From NCBI RefSeq assembly GCF_009914755.1, contig NC_060938.1: DNA of 64,000 bases. One strand, written 5' to 3'. The stretch is from the human T2T-CHM13v2.0 reference genome, Homo sapiens. The notes below the pieces were generated by a model, which worked only from the letters and a program-made list of their open reading frames with translations, was not told the origin of the DNA and did not search any database. The translations under genes and the position numbers were made by a program. Positions 63,701 through 64,000 of this stretch are shown here, piece by piece; position 1 is the first letter of the stretch, and every line of letters begins with the position of its first letter.

Positions 63701-64000
63701 TCAGAGGAATAGAAAGGGACAGGGCTGAAGAACAGAGGTCGCTGCATTTAGAAAGGAGGCGGGGTCAGAGGAATAGAAAGGGACAGGACAGAAGAACACA
63801 GGTCGCTGCATTTAGAAAGGAGGCGGGGTCAGAGGAATAGAAAGGGATAGGGCTGAAGAACACAGGTCGCTGCATTTAGAAAGGAGGCGGGGTCAGAGGA
63901 ATAGAAAGGGATAGGGCTGAAGAACAGAGGTCGCTGCATTTAGAAAGGAGGCGGGGTCAGTAGAATAGAAAGGGACAGGACAGAAGAACACAGGTCGCTG

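Larger units (their letters stand above)
1..64000 (+). repeat. Tandem satellite array, 64-bp monomer, 1,000 copies, truncated by both window edges
   Basis: CATTTAGAAA recurs at 1, 65, 129 and onward to the last monomer at 63937-64000. All copies are in one orientation and typically differ from consensus at 0-4 positions. Register changes only at four 1-bp indels. Consensus composition is A22 G25 C9 T8 (53% GC, 73% purine on +). Confidence 0.99.
1..64000. repeat. Probable family assignment: WaluSat (64-bp satellite of human acrocentric short arms)
   Basis: Recalled, not searched: the T2T-CHM13 repeat annotation described a 64-bp G-rich satellite, WaluSat, with its largest array on chr14p. Unit length, array size of at least 64 kb and homogeneity fit. 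The adjacent AluSx3 that would be diagnostic is not in this window. Confidence 0.65.

Noticed and set aside
1-64000. CRISPR-like repeat-spacer array (64-bp period)
   Set aside because: There are no unique spacers; the variable part differs by only a few substitutions. No leader or cas genes are present.
1-64000. Repeat-encoded protein on the + strand
   Set aside because: TAG (positions 5 and 30) and TGA (46) occur in nearly every monomer and the frame rotates with each unit, so all frames close quickly.
1-64000. Exactly 1,000 monomers and net-zero indels as evidence of selected phasing or synthetic design
   Set aside because: The window length is a multiple of 64. The two deletions and two insertions each appear to be one event duplicated, so the cancellation is coincidental. 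The nested variant history looks natural.
1-64000. Assignment to alpha, beta (68-bp), HSat, CER (48-bp) or telomeric repeats; tRNA or 5S arrays
   Set aside because: The unit length and sequence do not fit. There is no CENP-B box, GATC, (CATTC)n or (TTAGGG)n, and the purine-rich strand has little self-complementarity for a structured RNA.

Overview
The whole 64,000-bp window is one uninterrupted head-to-tail tandem array of a 64-bp monomer, consensus CATTTAGAAAGGAGGCGGGGTCAGAGGAATAGAAAGGGA(C/T)AGGGCTGAAGAACA(C/G)AGGTCGCTG. It holds 1,000 monomers: two 63-bp copies and two 65-bp copies cancel out. The array is cut off at both window edges. I found no unique sequence, inversion, transposon insertion, RNA gene, CRISPR spacer or credible CDS; the single listed ORF results from one stop-removing substitution. 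Unit length, array size and G-rich strand match my recollection of the human acrocentric short-arm satellite WaluSat, which I cannot verify without a search. The information in the window lies in the order of variant monomers. It shows nested multi-kb duplications (offsets of about 27, 42-46, 63, 65-67, 90 and 128-134 monomers), two domains with different private variants, and recurring 12- and 19-monomer cassettes resembling a loose higher-order repeat. The monomer itself looks like a diverged internal dimer. I found no evidence for a new protein- or RNA-encoded system. 'Position n' means position within the 64-bp consensus. All comparisons were made by eye.
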